Shown: piece after piece, positions 20,213 to 30,400 of the stretch
Layout: each line of letters starts with the position of its first letter
How positions within the stretch are numbered: the first letter of the stretch is position 1
From: an uncultured Alphaproteobacteria bacterium
Lineage (GTDB): Bacteria > Pseudomonadota > Alphaproteobacteria > Geminicoccales > Geminicoccaceae
Length of the DNA stretch: 64,000 bases
Assembly: GCA_963830775.1 (NCBI GenBank)
Contig: CAWHNT010000038.1
Coordinates: 98,333 to 162,332 of the forward strand
Reading direction: 5' to 3'
Notes under the pieces: generated by a model
What the model saw: the letters and a program-made list of their open reading frames with translations, nothing else
Database searches by the model: none
What the model was told of the DNA's origin: nothing
Made by a program: the position numbers and the translations under genes

Positions 20213-21620
20213 CTAGGCCGTCAGCTGGATCGGCTCGGCAGGCCCCGTGGCTGCGACCTTCGAGACCGTGTAGAGGTACTTTCCCGATGCCGTGGCTGGG
20301 ATGTCGTCGACCTGGTCGAACCGCACCTTGCAAGTTGGGCCCATGAGATCGACCAGCTTGGCCCGAACATGTTGTTGATGCTCCTGCAGTGCGGTGGTGC
20401 CGACGGCCTCGCCAGCCACGAACCGAACCACGACAAGGTCGTGCGACTCCTGGACGAGCTGGACCCGACGTATCACCGCAGTGTCGATCAGGTTGCCCAG
20501 CGTCGTGATCAGGAAGATCGGCGAGACCACCGCCCCGTCGCGCCGCACGAAGGACTCCATGCTGCGGCCGCTCACCTCCTCAAGCAATGGGGGGTTGCGG
20601 CCGCATGGGCACTGGCTCGGTGCCGAGCCGCCCACGGTCGCCCATTTGGTAGCGAATGAACGGCATGGCGTAGTTGTGGAGCGAGGTGATGACCAGATCG
20701 CCGTCCCGGCCCACGACCGGGCGCCCGCGTGCGTCCACGACCTCCACGAGGTGGGAGTTGATCGAGATGTGCATGCCGGAGGTGGCCGGGCACTCGCAGG
20801 CGACATCGCCCATCTCGCGCGAGCCGTAGAAGTTGATGACCGGCGCGCGGAAGGCCCGCGCGATCGCCTCGCGCATCGGCGGCAGGAGCGTGCCGCCGCC
20901 AATGACCACCGCCACCGGCTTGTGCATCTCCCGGCCGGTCCGATTGACGTACTGGGCCACCGTGTAGAGGCCGTCGATGTAGCCCCAGACCAGCTTCGGC
21001 CGGAATCGGTCGACCTCATCGACGATGGCCCTGAGTTCGGGCTCGCCCAGGGTGCCGCAGGGCACGATGCGGCGATTGTAGAGACTGTTCTCGGCATTGC
21101 GCCTGAGCGTGCCGGTCTCGATCACGATGTCTCGGTCGGAGCCCCAGATCTTGAGCTCGGGCTCGCCCGGGTGCTTCCCCAGCACCTCGAAGTGGTAGAG
21201 CTTGGTGGCGACGTTGATGTCCCAGTAATGGCTGTCCTGCCAGTAGTGGATCGGCTGACCGGTCGAGCCGCCGGTGCGGTTAGCATAGGCGCGGCGAGCG
21301 GGCGGCAGCGTGTGGTCCCGGAGCCTTTCCCCCTCGGTGCGAATGATCTCCTTGGTCAGGATCGGCACGGACTGGAGCTGGCCCAGATCCACCCTGTGGT
21401 TCCGGACCACGCCACAGTCGCCCAGCACCTCGCGGTAGTAGGCGGTGTTGTGGAAGGCGTGCCGCAAAAGGCTTTCCAGACGCTCCTCCTGCACCCTCGT
21501 GAGCTCGGCTTGCGATGCGCGATCGAGGGAGCGGAGAAGGGCCAGCTCGCGCGCTGTGGTCGGCCTGCGGGCGCGGAGGGCAAGCGCCAGCAGCGGTCGA
21601 CGCCAGTTGAGCGATGGCAT
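20213..21620 (-). pseudogene. CapK / phenylacetate-CoA ligase-like adenylate-forming enzyme, one frameshift as sequenced
   Basis: ATG 21620 preceded by GGAGG. The N-terminal 340 aa has TGGSTGQPIHYW and YGSREMGDVACE. The C-terminal 130 aa, in the next frame, has CPCGRNPPLLEEVSGR and IPATASGKYLY. The junction near 20612 is consistent with one extra base. Confidence 0.7.
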
Positions 21621-21891
21621 TGGCCCTCCTGCTGAATGGGCTGACTGATGGACGCGACGGTACGGCCCCAGGAGCTCGGGCACCCGACACAAACGTGAAG
21701 GTGTCCCATTCGATCCATCAAATCCAGGCGTTTGGGATCGATTCCGGGATTCCGGCCAGGCGCCGTTGCAACGGGTCTGCAGGCTTCTTCTGAATTCAGG
21801 AGCAAGGCAGCGTCAACCCGTATGAGTTCGCCCACTGGCCGAAGAGCTGAAGCCGGCAGCGGTTTGCTTCTCCAGGTGGCCGGAGCCTGGA

Positions 21892-22917
21892 TCACCGAGC
21901 CGGCGACGACCGCCTGTCCAGCGCCCACAGCACGCCGCCGAACGCCGCGACCAGGGTGATGACGATACGCCGCAGCAGCGCCGCTGCGAGTGCCACCTCG
22001 TGATCGAGGCCCGCATGCCCGTAAAGGACGACGAAGGCGCCCTCGCTCAAGCCGATACCGTTCACCGAGAGTGGGAGAGCGCTGATCATCATGATCAGCG
22101 GGGTCACGAGGAGTGCCGTAAGAAGGTCGACGTTCCCGCCGACCGCGCGGATCACAAAGTACTGGAACAGTGCCAGAAGGCAGTTGAAGAGCAGCGAGAG
22201 CCCGCATGTGACAGCGAGGGCCCACGTCTTGCTTCGGTAGGAGGAGAGCGCGGCCAGGAAGGCTGTGCTCGTCTTCCGGATGGCGCCTGCCGCCGCCGGC
22301 AGCGGCAGGCGTGCGACGAGGGCGCGAGCCTTCCAGGCCAGCAGGGCTAGAGCGCCCAGGGCGAGCAGGCCGGCGATGCCGGTGGCCCCCGAAAGCCGGC
22401 CGTCAGCCAGGAGACCCGGGGCCGCCACCGCCGAGGCGATCCCAAGCGCGACGACCGTGGCCAGCCCGGTCGCCCGCTCGACGACCATGCTGGCGGCGAC
22501 GGGCCCCGTCCCGCCTACGTGTCGGGCAAGGGCAAGGCGGACCACGTCGCCCCCGACGTTGGATGGCAAGAGGCTGCTGAAGAACGCGCCGATCCAATAG
22601 AAGCGCAGCGCCACGAGGAAGGGCACGCGGGGGGCGATCACGGCCAGCAGCGCCTGCCAGCGCCAGGCCGAGAGCGCCAGGCCCGCAAGGTTGACCAGGA
22701 CGGCCAGGGCGGTCCAACCGAGCGCAAGATTCGACAGATGTTCTAGCGCCTTCCGCCAGTCCAGGAGGAGGAGCAGCGCCGCCACGAGCCCCAGCGAGAG
22801 GCCGATCTTGGCGATCCAGAGAACTCTTGACACCGATTCCCCAAGCGGGCCGCGCCGGCGGCGGTACCTGAAGCCATCTCGTGCGGGCCTGCCCGGAGTG
22901 CCAGCCGCCGCCCGCAC
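21892..22917 (-). CDS. Flippase-like / lysylphosphatidylglycerol-synthase TM-domain (UPF0104) membrane protein
   Basis: About 8 TM helices with the family motif [24 protein letters not shown]. The start is uncertain; ATG 22917 and a downstream GTG are both possible. Confidence 0.7.
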   Translation of the reverse strand: MRAAAGTPGRPARDGFRYRRRRGPLGESVSRVLWIAKIGLSLGLVAALLLLLDWRKALEHLSNLALGWTALAVLVNLAGLALSAWRWQALLAVIAPRVPFLVALRFYWIGAFFSSLLPSNVGGDVVRLALARHVGGTGPVAASMVVERATGLATVVALGIASAVAAPGLLADGRLSGATGIAGLLALGALALLAWKARALVARLPLPAAAGAIRKTSTAFLAALSSYRSKTWALAVTCGLSLLFNCLLALFQYFVIRAVGGNVDLLTALLVTPLIMMISALPLSVNGIGLSEGAFVVLYGHAGLDHEVALAAALLRRIVITLVAAFGGVLWALDRRSSPAR

Positions 22918-23064
22918 ACGAGGAGCCGAACAAAGTGGCCGGCCGGCACGCGGCCAGCCACCCCGGTGCCGTGCGGCCGCCGGTACCCTGCCGTGCCGTA
23001 GCCGAACACGGCCGTCCGGCCAAGCGGCTACTTGAAGCGCCCAGGATCCAACGCCCGTGCAGTC

Positions 23065-24548
23065 TCAGCCGATCCCGCCCAGGCTCACATACTTGACCTC
23101 GAGATACTCCTCGATCCCGTACTTCGAGCCCTCGCGGCCCATGCCGCTCTCCTTCACCCCGCCAAAGGGCGCCACCTCGACCGAGATCACCCCGTCGTTC
23201 ACGCCGACCAGGCCCACCTCCAGGGCCTCGGCCACGCGGAACACGCGGGCGAGGTCGCGGGCGTAGAAGTAGCCGGCAAGGCCGACATCGCTGTCGTTGG
23301 CGAGGCGGATCGCCTCCTCCTCGGTCTCGAAGCGGAAGAGCGGGGCCACGGGGCCGAAGGTCTCCTCGTGCGCGAGCTTCATCGTGGCGTCGCAGGGGGC
23401 CAGCACGGTGGGCTCGTAGAAGAGGCCGCCCTTGCGCGTGGCGCTTGCCGCCGGTGACGACCTTGGCGCCCTTCGCGAGCGCGTCCTTGACGTGCTCCTC
23501 GACCTTGTCGACGGCGGCCTGATCGATCAGCGGGCCGACCGTGGTGCCGGCGTCGAGCCCGGCGCCCACCTTCAGCTTGCCGACGGCGGCCGAATACTTC
23601 TGCGCGAAAGCGTCGAAGACACCCGCCTGGACATAGATCCGGTTGGTGCAGACGCAGGTCTGGCCCGCGTTCCTGAACTTGCAGGCGATCGCCCCCTCCA
23701 CCGCCTTGTCGATGTCGGCATCGTCGAAGACGATGAACGGCGCGTGGCCGCCCAGCTCCATGCTGACCCGCTTGACCGTGTCGGCACACTGCTTGAGCAG
23801 GATCTTGCCCACGGCAGTCGAGCCCGTGAACGAGACCTTGCGCACGGTCTTGTTGGTGCAGAGCTCGGTGCCGATCGTCCCCGCACTGCCGGTGACGACG
23901 TTGAGCACACCCTTGGGCAGGCCGGCGCGCTCGGCGAGCTCGGCCATCGCCAGCGCCGAGAACGGCGTGGCGCTCGCGGGCTTGACCACCATGGTGCAGC
24001 CGGCCGCCAGCGCCGGTGCCGCCTTCCTGGTGATCATGGCGATCGGGAAGTTCCAGGGCGTGATCGCGGCGCACACGCCCACGGGCTGCTTCAGCACCAG
24101 GATCCGGCGCGAGCCCACGGTCTGCGGGATGACATCGCCATAGACCCGCTTGGCTTCCTCCGCGAACCACTCGATGAACGAGGCGCCATAGGCCACCTCG
24201 CCCTTCGAACTCGGCCAGCGGCTTGCCCTGCTCGCGCGTCATCAGGATCGCCAAGTCATCCTGTGCGTCCATGATCAGCTCGAACCAGCGGCGCAGGACG
24301 GCGGCCCGCTCCTTGGCCGTCTTGGCCCGCCAGGCCGGCAGCGCCGCCTCGGCCGCGGCGATCGCACGCCGCACCTCCTCCACACCCAGGCTCGGCACGG
24401 TGCCCACCGTCTCGCCCGTGGCCGGATCGGTCACCGTGATCGTCTTCTTGCTGTCCGCGTCGATCCAGCTCCCGCCGACATAGCACTGCTGCCGCAGCAG
24501 CCGCGGGTCGTCGAGCTGGACACGCATGGACTTGAGCGCGATGGCCAT
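23065..24548 (-). pseudogene. gabD: NAD(P)-dependent succinate-semialdehyde dehydrogenase, two frameshifts as sequenced
   Basis: Three frames join into a full aldehyde dehydrogenase with GKPLAE[S][37 protein letters not shown], the catalytic Cys region NAGQTCVC and EETFGP. A doubled T at 24208-24209 and a GGG run at 23429-23431 each add one base. Confidence 0.85.
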
Positions 24549-24737
24549 GATCCGAGGACTCCCCCATGCAGAAAAGGGCCGCTGCCGCGGCCGCCGGCTT
24601 GGGGCAGAGGATGGGGACACGGGCGCGTGCCCGCAAGGTGGCTGCCACCGCGAGCAGGGTCCGGCGACGTGGCATCTCGGCCATAGTCCCCCTGGGCATC
24701 GTGGTTTACGCTCGTGCAAACGAGGGATGCCCCCGCC

Positions 24738-27700
24738 ATGCCAGCTCGTCGTTGGCTCGCCGTCATGCTGCTAGCGGCGCTGCCGGTCGGTGCTGAGGCC
24801 CAGGAGCGGTGCGAGACCGTGGCCGGGCGGGTCGTCGCCCTCGAGGACGTGGTCGAGGTGGCGCGCGGTGCCGGCGGATGGCGGGCGCTGGCCGAAGGCG
24901 ACACGGTCTGTGCCGGCGAGGTGCTCCGCGCCGGGGATGCCGGCCAGGGTGCGGTCCTCCTCGAGAGCGGCACGGTGCTCCGCCTCAACCGCGGCACTAC
25001 GCTTCGTATCGAGCCTTCCGCCGGCGACGGCCGCACGGTGCTCAATCTCCTCTCCGGCCTGATCAGCCTCTTCAACCGCCGGCCGCACGCGCTGGAGGTC
25101 GACACCGCCTTCGCCAACGCCGCCGTCGAGGGCACCGAGTTCACGGTCGAGGCCACGGCCGACCGCTCGCACGTCGTGGTGCTGGAGGGCCGCGTGCGGG
25201 TGAGCAACCCGCAAGGTGAGGTGCAGCTCGCGGCGGGGCAGGCGGCCGTGGCCGTGCAGGGCCGGGCACCCGAGCTCGAGATCGCCGTCCGCCCTCGCGA
25301 CGCGGTCCGCTGGGCACTCTACTACCCGCCGATCGGCACGCAGGAGCTGGCGGCGGATGCGCCGGCCGGTCTCCAGGAGGCCGCACGTCTCGCCGGCACC
25401 GGCGAGCGCGCGGCGGCGCTCACAGCCCTGGAGCAGGTCCCCACCCCGGCGCGGGACGGAAGCTGGCAGGCACTGCGGGCCGAGCTGCTGCTGGGCCTCG
25501 GCCGTCCGCAGGAGGCCGACCAGGCCCTGGCCGCAGCCGCGGACGACCCCGACGCGCTGGCGCTGCGTGCCGTGATGGCGGTGGCGCGGAACGAGAAGGA
25601 GCCGGCCCTGGCGGCAGCCCGCCGGGCAGTGGAGCTGGCCCCGCGCAACGCCCGCGCGCACCTCGCCCTCTCCTACGCGGCGCAGGCCTCGTTCGACATC
25701 CCGCTCGCACGGCAGGCGCTCGAGGCCGCGGTCCAGGCGAGCCCGAACGAGGCGCTGGTCTGGGCGCGGCTGGCCGAGGTGGAGCTGATGCAGGGCGATG
25801 TCCGCGCTGCCAAGCGGGCCGCCGAGCGGGCCACCGCACTCGACCCGGCCAACGCCCGCGCCCAGTCCGTGGCCGGCTACGTGGCCCTGGCCCGCCTCGA
25901 CACCCGGACCGCCAGGGCGGCTTTCGCCCGCGCGATCGACCGGGACCCGTTCGCCGCCCTCCCCCGCCTGGGCCAGGGCCTGGCCACGATCCGCGACGGC
26001 GACCTCGCGGCAGGGCGCCAGATGCTCGAGCTCGCCGTGGCCCTCGACCCCAGCGATCCGCTCCTGCGGAGCTATCTCGGCAAGGCCTATTTCGAGGAAG
26101 GCAGCTACCGCATCGCGTCGGACGAGCTTGCCACCGCCAAGGAGCTCGACCCCAACGACCCCACCCCCTGGCTCTACGACGCGATCACCAAGCAGCTCAC
26201 CAACCGCCCGATCGAGGGCCTGCGCGACCTGGAGAAGGCGACCGAGCTCAACGACAACCGCGCCGTCTACCGCTCGCGGCTCCTGCTCGACCAGGACCGC
26301 GGCACGCGCAGCGTCGGGCTCGGCCGCGTCTACCAGGACCTCGGCTTCGAGCAGCTCGGCATCAACGAGGCCAGCCGCTCGCTCCTGCTCGACAACGCCA
26401 ATGCCGGGGCGCACCGGTTCCTGGCCGACCTCTATTCGCAGCAGCCGCGCTCGGAGCTCGCCTATTTCAGCGAGCGCCTGCAGACCCTGCTCCTGCAGCC
26501 GCCCTCGCGCACGCCGGTCTCGCCCCGCCTCGCCCTCTCCGACCTCAGCGAGATCGCCCGCCCCGGCTTCGGGGCCGGCAGCTTCAACGAGTTCAGCTCG
26601 CTCTTCGACCGCAACGGCATCGCCTTCAACGGCAATGGCCGGGTCGGCAGCAACGAGACCCGCAACGGCGAGGCCATCGTCTCGGCCCTGGCCGACAACG
26701 TGGCGCTCAGCGCCGGCGTGCTGAAGTCCGAGAACGACGGCTTCCGCGACAATGACGAGCTCCGGCTCGAGGTCGCCGACGTGTTCGGGCAGGTGGCCCT
26801 CAGCCCCGAGCTCAGCCTCCAGGCCGAGTACCGCTCCCGCGAGCTGGACCGCGGCTCGCTCGCGTTCGACCTCGATCCGGACCGCCGCGACGAGACGGAG
26901 AAGGCGAACGTCAACCAGGAGGCGGCCCGGGTCGGCCTGCACTACGCCCCGGCGCCCGGGCACGACCTGCTCGTCTCCGCGGCCTACGGCGACCGCAACA
27001 CCGAGGACAGCTTCGAGATCCCGTTCATCGTCCCGATCGAGATCGAGACGCCGACGGACGAGCAGGGCCGGCAGCTCGAGGTCCAGCATCGCTGGCAGAT
27101 GCCGGGCCTCGGCATCATCGCCGGTGTCGGCGACTACGACTTCGATCTCGAGCAGTCGGACGTCCCGGACGACTACCGGCAGCGCTTCGGCTATGTCAGG
27201 ACCAACCTCCAGCTGCTGCCGAGCCTGACCGCGATCTTCGGCGTCGGCATCGACGACTACCGCGACACCCAGCTCGACATCGACAAGACCGAGATCGACC
27301 CGCTGGCGGGGCTGGTGTTCCAGCCTCTGGACGACCTGACGCTGCGTGCGGGCTACTCGGAGCAGCGCAAGCAGCGTCTGGTGGCGAACGAGTCCATCGT
27401 GCCGACCGAGATCGCCGGCCTGAACCGGCTCTTCGACGACCCGAACGGCACCCGGTCCCGCCTCTACGGCCTGGGCCTCGACGCCCGCCTGCACCGCGAC
27501 GCTGCCGGCCGCGTCGACCTCTATGGCGGGCTCGAGGTCAGGCGGCGGAACCTCGACCGGCCGTACCAGGAAACGGACCTCTCGACCGGCGAGCAGTACA
27601 CGGCGGTCGACGACATGCGCGAGGACCGCGTGGCGGGCTACCTCTATGCACTCCCCTCCAAGCGGATCGCCGTCGGCAGCGAGCCCAGCTTCGAGACCAC

Positions 27701-28049
27701 CCGTTGCGAGAACTCCTGCGATCCTGTCCGGGACCTCGATACCTGGGTGCTGCCGTTCGACATCCGCTACTTCGACCCTTCGGGTTTCCTTGCGGCCGCC
27801 CAGTATAGCCGGGTGCAACAGGAGGTTGAGCGCCCGGGCGGGGCCGAGGACAGCGAGTCGTTCGGCGTCGTCAATGTCGGGGCCGGCTGGCGCTTCCCGC
27901 GGCAGGCCGGCGCCGTTCTACTGGAAGTACGCAATCTGCTGAGCGAGAACTTCGACTATCAAGACGACCGCTTCAGGGCTACTGACCCCCTTCAATCCCC
28001 TTACGTGCCCGAGCGGCAGTTTTTCGTTTCATTGCAGCTGAGTTTTTGA
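24738..28049 (+). CDS. Large outer-membrane protein: signal peptide, FecR domain, TPR array and C-terminal beta-barrel
   Basis: ATG 24738 preceded by GAGGGA; signal peptide MPARRWLAVMLLAALPVGAEA. FecR-like block (GTVLRLNRGTTLRI...VDTAFANAAVEGTEFTV...VVVLEGRVRV). Roughly 400 aa of TPR-like Ala/Leu repeats follow. The last 450 aa or so have alternating beta-strand patterns and end in ...FFVSLQLSF, a C-terminal Phe as in OM barrels. Confidence 0.7.
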   Translation: MPARRWLAVMLLAALPVGAEAQERCETVAGRVVALEDVVEVARGAGGWRALAEGDTVCAGEVLRAGDAGQGAVLLESGTVLRLNRGTTLRIEPSAGDGRTVLNLLSGLISLFNRRPHALEVDTAFANAAVEGTEFTVEATADRSHVVVLEGRVRVSNPQGEVQLAAGQAAVAVQGRAPELEIAVRPRDAVRWALYYPPIGTQELAADAPAGLQEAARLAGTGERAAALTALEQVPTPARDGSWQALRAELLLGLGRPQEADQALAAAADDPDALALRAVMAVARNEKEPALAAARRAVELAPRNARAHLALSYAAQASFDIPLARQALEAAVQASPNEALVWARLAEVELMQGDVRAAKRAAERATALDPANARAQSVAGYVALARLDTRTARAAFARAIDRDPFAALPRLGQGLATIRDGDLAAGRQMLELAVALDPSDPLLRSYLGKAYFEEGSYRIASDELATAKELDPNDPTPWLYDAITKQLTNRPIEGLRDLEKATELNDNRAVYRSRLLLDQDRGTRSVGLGRVYQDLGFEQLGINEASRSLLLDNANAGAHRFLADLYSQQPRSELAYFSERLQTLLLQPPSRTPVSPRLALSDLSEIARPGFGAGSFNEFSSLFDRNGIAFNGNGRVGSNETRNGEAIVSALADNVALSAGVLKSENDGFRDNDELRLEVADVFGQVALSPELSLQAEYRSRELDRGSLAFDLDPDRRDETEKANVNQEAARVGLHYAPAPGHDLLVSAAYGDRNTEDSFEIPFIVPIEIETPTDEQGRQLEVQHRWQMPGLGIIAGVGDYDFDLEQSDVPDDYRQRFGYVRTNLQLLPSLTAIFGVGIDDYRDTQLDIDKTEIDPLAGLVFQPLDDLTLRAGYSEQRKQRLVANESIVPTEIAGLNRLFDDPNGTRSRLYGLGLDARLHRDAAGRVDLYGGLEVRRRNLDRPYQETDLSTGEQYTAVDDMREDRVAGYLYALPSKRIAVGSEPSFETTRCENSCDPVRDLDTWVLPFDIRYFDPSGFLAAAQYSRVQQEVERPGGAEDSESFGVVNVGAGWRFPRQAGAVLLEVRNLLSENFDYQDDRFRATDPLQSPYVPERQFFVSLQLSF

Positions 28050-28085
28050 TACCGGAATAGGATGAGTGGGAAAGGGAGAAACAAC

Positions 28086-28478
28086 ATGCGTCGTGAATTG
28101 CAGCCGGCTGGCCACCTGCATCGCTGGTTCATGCTCGCGCTTGTGCTCGGTGCAGTCATCGCCGTAGGCGGCACCGCCAATGCTCAGCAGGCCGATACCG
28201 GGAAGAAAGCAGCCAAGGAAGAGCTGCTGCCGGAGAGATTGAAGTTCAAGATCGATCTGATCGAGAAGGATGTCGGGAGCAGCAAGACTGTCGATGTGAA
28301 GATCAAGGACAAAGATGGCAATGAGGCTCAGACCACCGCAGATGTGGCCGAGATCGCAAGAGACAAGATCTACGATACTGTAACACTCGTCATCACAAGG
28401 TACGAGGGATCCAACTGCACGAGGGTTTGCAAGGTATTGTCCAACGGCACAACAAGCTGCTACAAGATCTGCAATTGA
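28086..28478 (+). CDS. Small secreted Lys/Asp/Glu-rich protein with C-terminal twin CX3C motif
   Basis: ATG 28086 preceded by GGGAGA; Sec signal peptide ending ...GGTANA. The mature part is about 97 aa and ends NCTRVCKVLSNGTTSCYKICN (C-x3-C-x9-C-x3-C). GC content is visibly lower, with A/T-ending codons. No family was recognised. Confidence 0.55.
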   Translation: MRRELQPAGHLHRWFMLALVLGAVIAVGGTANAQQADTGKKAAKEELLPERLKFKIDLIEKDVGSSKTVDVKIKDKDGNEAQTTADVAEIARDKIYDTVTLVITRYEGSNCTRVCKVLSNGTTSCYKICN

Positions 28479-28503
28479 CCGCAGACGAGGATCGCGGGGC
28501 GTA

Positions 28504-29436
28504 GTGAGCGCAATCTTGGCTGAGTCGCCGGCGGACGGCCGCGGCGCGGTTCGGCCAGGCTTTCGGCACTGGGCAGGTCGCAGCCGCACGCTGCCGATTC
28601 TGACCGTCCTCGTGGTCCTGGCCCTCCTCTGGTACGCGGGCGCCGTCTGGCTGAACGCGCCGCAGCTCATCGACCGCTACGGCCGCGCCAAGACGCCCTG
28701 GACCACCGGCCAGCTCGTGCAGGATGCCTGGGCCATGGACCGGCCGGTGCTGCCCGCACCGCATCAGGTGCTGGTCGAGCTGCGCAAGACAGTGCTGGAG
28801 GTGGCCCCCAGCTCCAGGCGCTCGCTCCTCTACCACGGCTGGGTCACGCTCTCCTCGGCCATGCTGGGCTTCGTGCTGGGGACCGCCCTCGGCTGCGTGC
28901 TGGCGCTGGGCATCGTGCAGGTGCCCACGCTCGACCGCTCGCTGATGCCCTGGATCATCGCCTCGCAGACGATCCCGATCCTGGCCATCGCGCCCATGAT
29001 CGTCGTCGTCCTGGGCTCGCTCGGGCTCACCGGCCTCGTCCCCAAGGCCCTGATCTCCACCTACTTGTGCTTCTTCCCGGTGGCGATCGGGATGGTGAAG
29101 GGCCTGCGCTCGCCCGAGCCCCTGCAGCTCGACCTCATGCGCACCTACAGCGCCAGCGAGGGCCAGGTGGTGCGCCTTCTCCGCCTGCCGGCCTCGCTGC
29201 CGTTCCTGTTCGCGAGCCTGAAGGTGGGCGTTGCCATCAGCGTCGTGGGTGCGATCGTGGGCGAGCTGCCGACCGGCGCCCAGGCCGGCCTGGGTGCGCG
29301 GCTGCTGACCGGCTCCTACTACGGCCAGACGGTGCAGATCTGGGCCGCCCTGGTGGCGGCCTCGCTGCTCTCGGGCGTGCTCGTGGCCCTGGTCGGCCTC
29401 GCCCAGCGGCTCGCCTTGCGGCACGCCCCGCCGTGA
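28504..29436 (+). CDS. ABC transporter permease (NitT/TauT-like family)
   Basis: GTG start, 310 aa, 6-7 TM helices and an EAA-type loop (DLMRTYSASEGQVVRLLRLPASLPFLF). Confidence 0.8.
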   Translation: MSAILAESPADGRGAVRPGFRHWAGRSRTLPILTVLVVLALLWYAGAVWLNAPQLIDRYGRAKTPWTTGQLVQDAWAMDRPVLPAPHQVLVELRKTVLEVAPSSRRSLLYHGWVTLSSAMLGFVLGTALGCVLALGIVQVPTLDRSLMPWIIASQTIPILAIAPMIVVVLGSLGLTGLVPKALISTYLCFFPVAIGMVKGLRSPEPLQLDLMRTYSASEGQVVRLLRLPASLPFLFASLKVGVAISVVGAIVGELPTGAQAGLGARLLTGSYYGQTVQIWAALVAASLLSGVLVALVGLAQRLALRHAPP

Positions 29437-30359
29437 GCCGGAACGCCGTCGAAGGCCTGCTGCTCGCGGTGCTGGTTGCCGTCGGCTGCCTCATCGTCCT
29501 CAGGATGGTCCATGCGGGCGAGGCGCCGCTCTGGCTCTGGGCGCTGGTGGCAGTCCTCGCACTCCTCGCGTGGGAAGCGATGGCGCGCCTCGCCCGCCAT
29601 CCGCGCGCCGCCATGCTGGTGCCGGTGCTGTTCGGCGCCTGGCTGCTCTTCCTGTGGGAGGCCGTCGTCATCGGCTTCGGGGTGCCTCGGGTGCTTCTCC
29701 CCGCCCCCTCGGCGATCGGCGAGACGCTGGCCCGCAGCACCGTCATGCTCGCCGCCGACTTCCGCCAGACCTTCCTGCGCGCCGTGCTGCCCGGCTGGGC
29801 CATGGGCTGCGGGGCCGGGCTGCTCACGGCCCTCCTCGTCGACCGGGTGCCGTTCCTGCAGCGCGGCCTCCTGCCGATCGGCAACCTGATCTCGGCCCTG
29901 CCGGTGGTCGGCATCGCGCCCATCATGGTGATGTGGTTCGGCTTCGACTGGCAGTCGAAGGCGGCCGTGGTCGTGGTGATGACCTTCTTCCCGATGCTGG
30001 TGAACGCCGTGGCCGGGCTCGGGGCTTCCGGCCGGATGGAGCGCGACCTGATGCGCTCCTATGCGGCGAGCTACCCGCAGACGCTGCTGATGCTGCGCCT
30101 GCCCGCGGCCCTGCCCTTCGTCTTCAACGCGCTCAAGATCAACAGCACGCTGGCGCTGATCGGCGCCATCGTCGCCGAGTTCTTCGGCACGCCGATCGTC
30201 GGCATGGGGTTCCGGATCTCGACCGAGGTCGGCAAGATGAACCTCGACCTCGTCTGGGCCACGATCGCCGTGGCTGCCCTCACCGGCTCCCTCTTCTACG
30301 GTACCCTGGCGCTCGCCGAGCGCGCGCTCACCTTCTGGCACCCCTCCTTTCGCCGCTGA
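29433..30359 (+). CDS. ABC transporter permease (NitT/TauT-like family), second subunit
   Basis: GTG 29433 overlaps the upstream stop (GTGA). EAA-type loop DLMRSYAASYPQTLLMLRLPAALPFVF. It is a paralogue of the preceding permease. Confidence 0.8.
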   Translation: MSRNAVEGLLLAVLVAVGCLIVLRMVHAGEAPLWLWALVAVLALLAWEAMARLARHPRAAMLVPVLFGAWLLFLWEAVVIGFGVPRVLLPAPSAIGETLARSTVMLAADFRQTFLRAVLPGWAMGCGAGLLTALLVDRVPFLQRGLLPIGNLISALPVVGIAPIMVMWFGFDWQSKAAVVVVMTFFPMLVNAVAGLGASGRMERDLMRSYAASYPQTLLMLRLPAALPFVFNALKINSTLALIGAIVAEFFGTPIVGMGFRISTEVGKMNLDLVWATIAVAALTGSLFYGTLALAERALTFWHPSFRR

Positions 30360-30400
30360 ACCTGCTATCAAGGCCGGGGCTGGAGCCAAGGAGGCAAGAG

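Noticed and set aside
24549-24737. Possible riboswitch (for example TPP, given the THI5-like binding protein downstream) in the gabD / FecR-gene intergenic region
   Set aside because: No CTGAGA or conserved TPP-aptamer core elements are present. Only short GC hairpins were seen.
24771-27818. 1015-aa ORF antisense to the FecR-TPR-barrel gene
   Set aside because: Antisense shadow ORF of a high-GC gene. The composition (runs of R, G, V, E, A, D) is non-protein-like, whereas the plus-strand frame carries recognisable FecR and TPR sequence.
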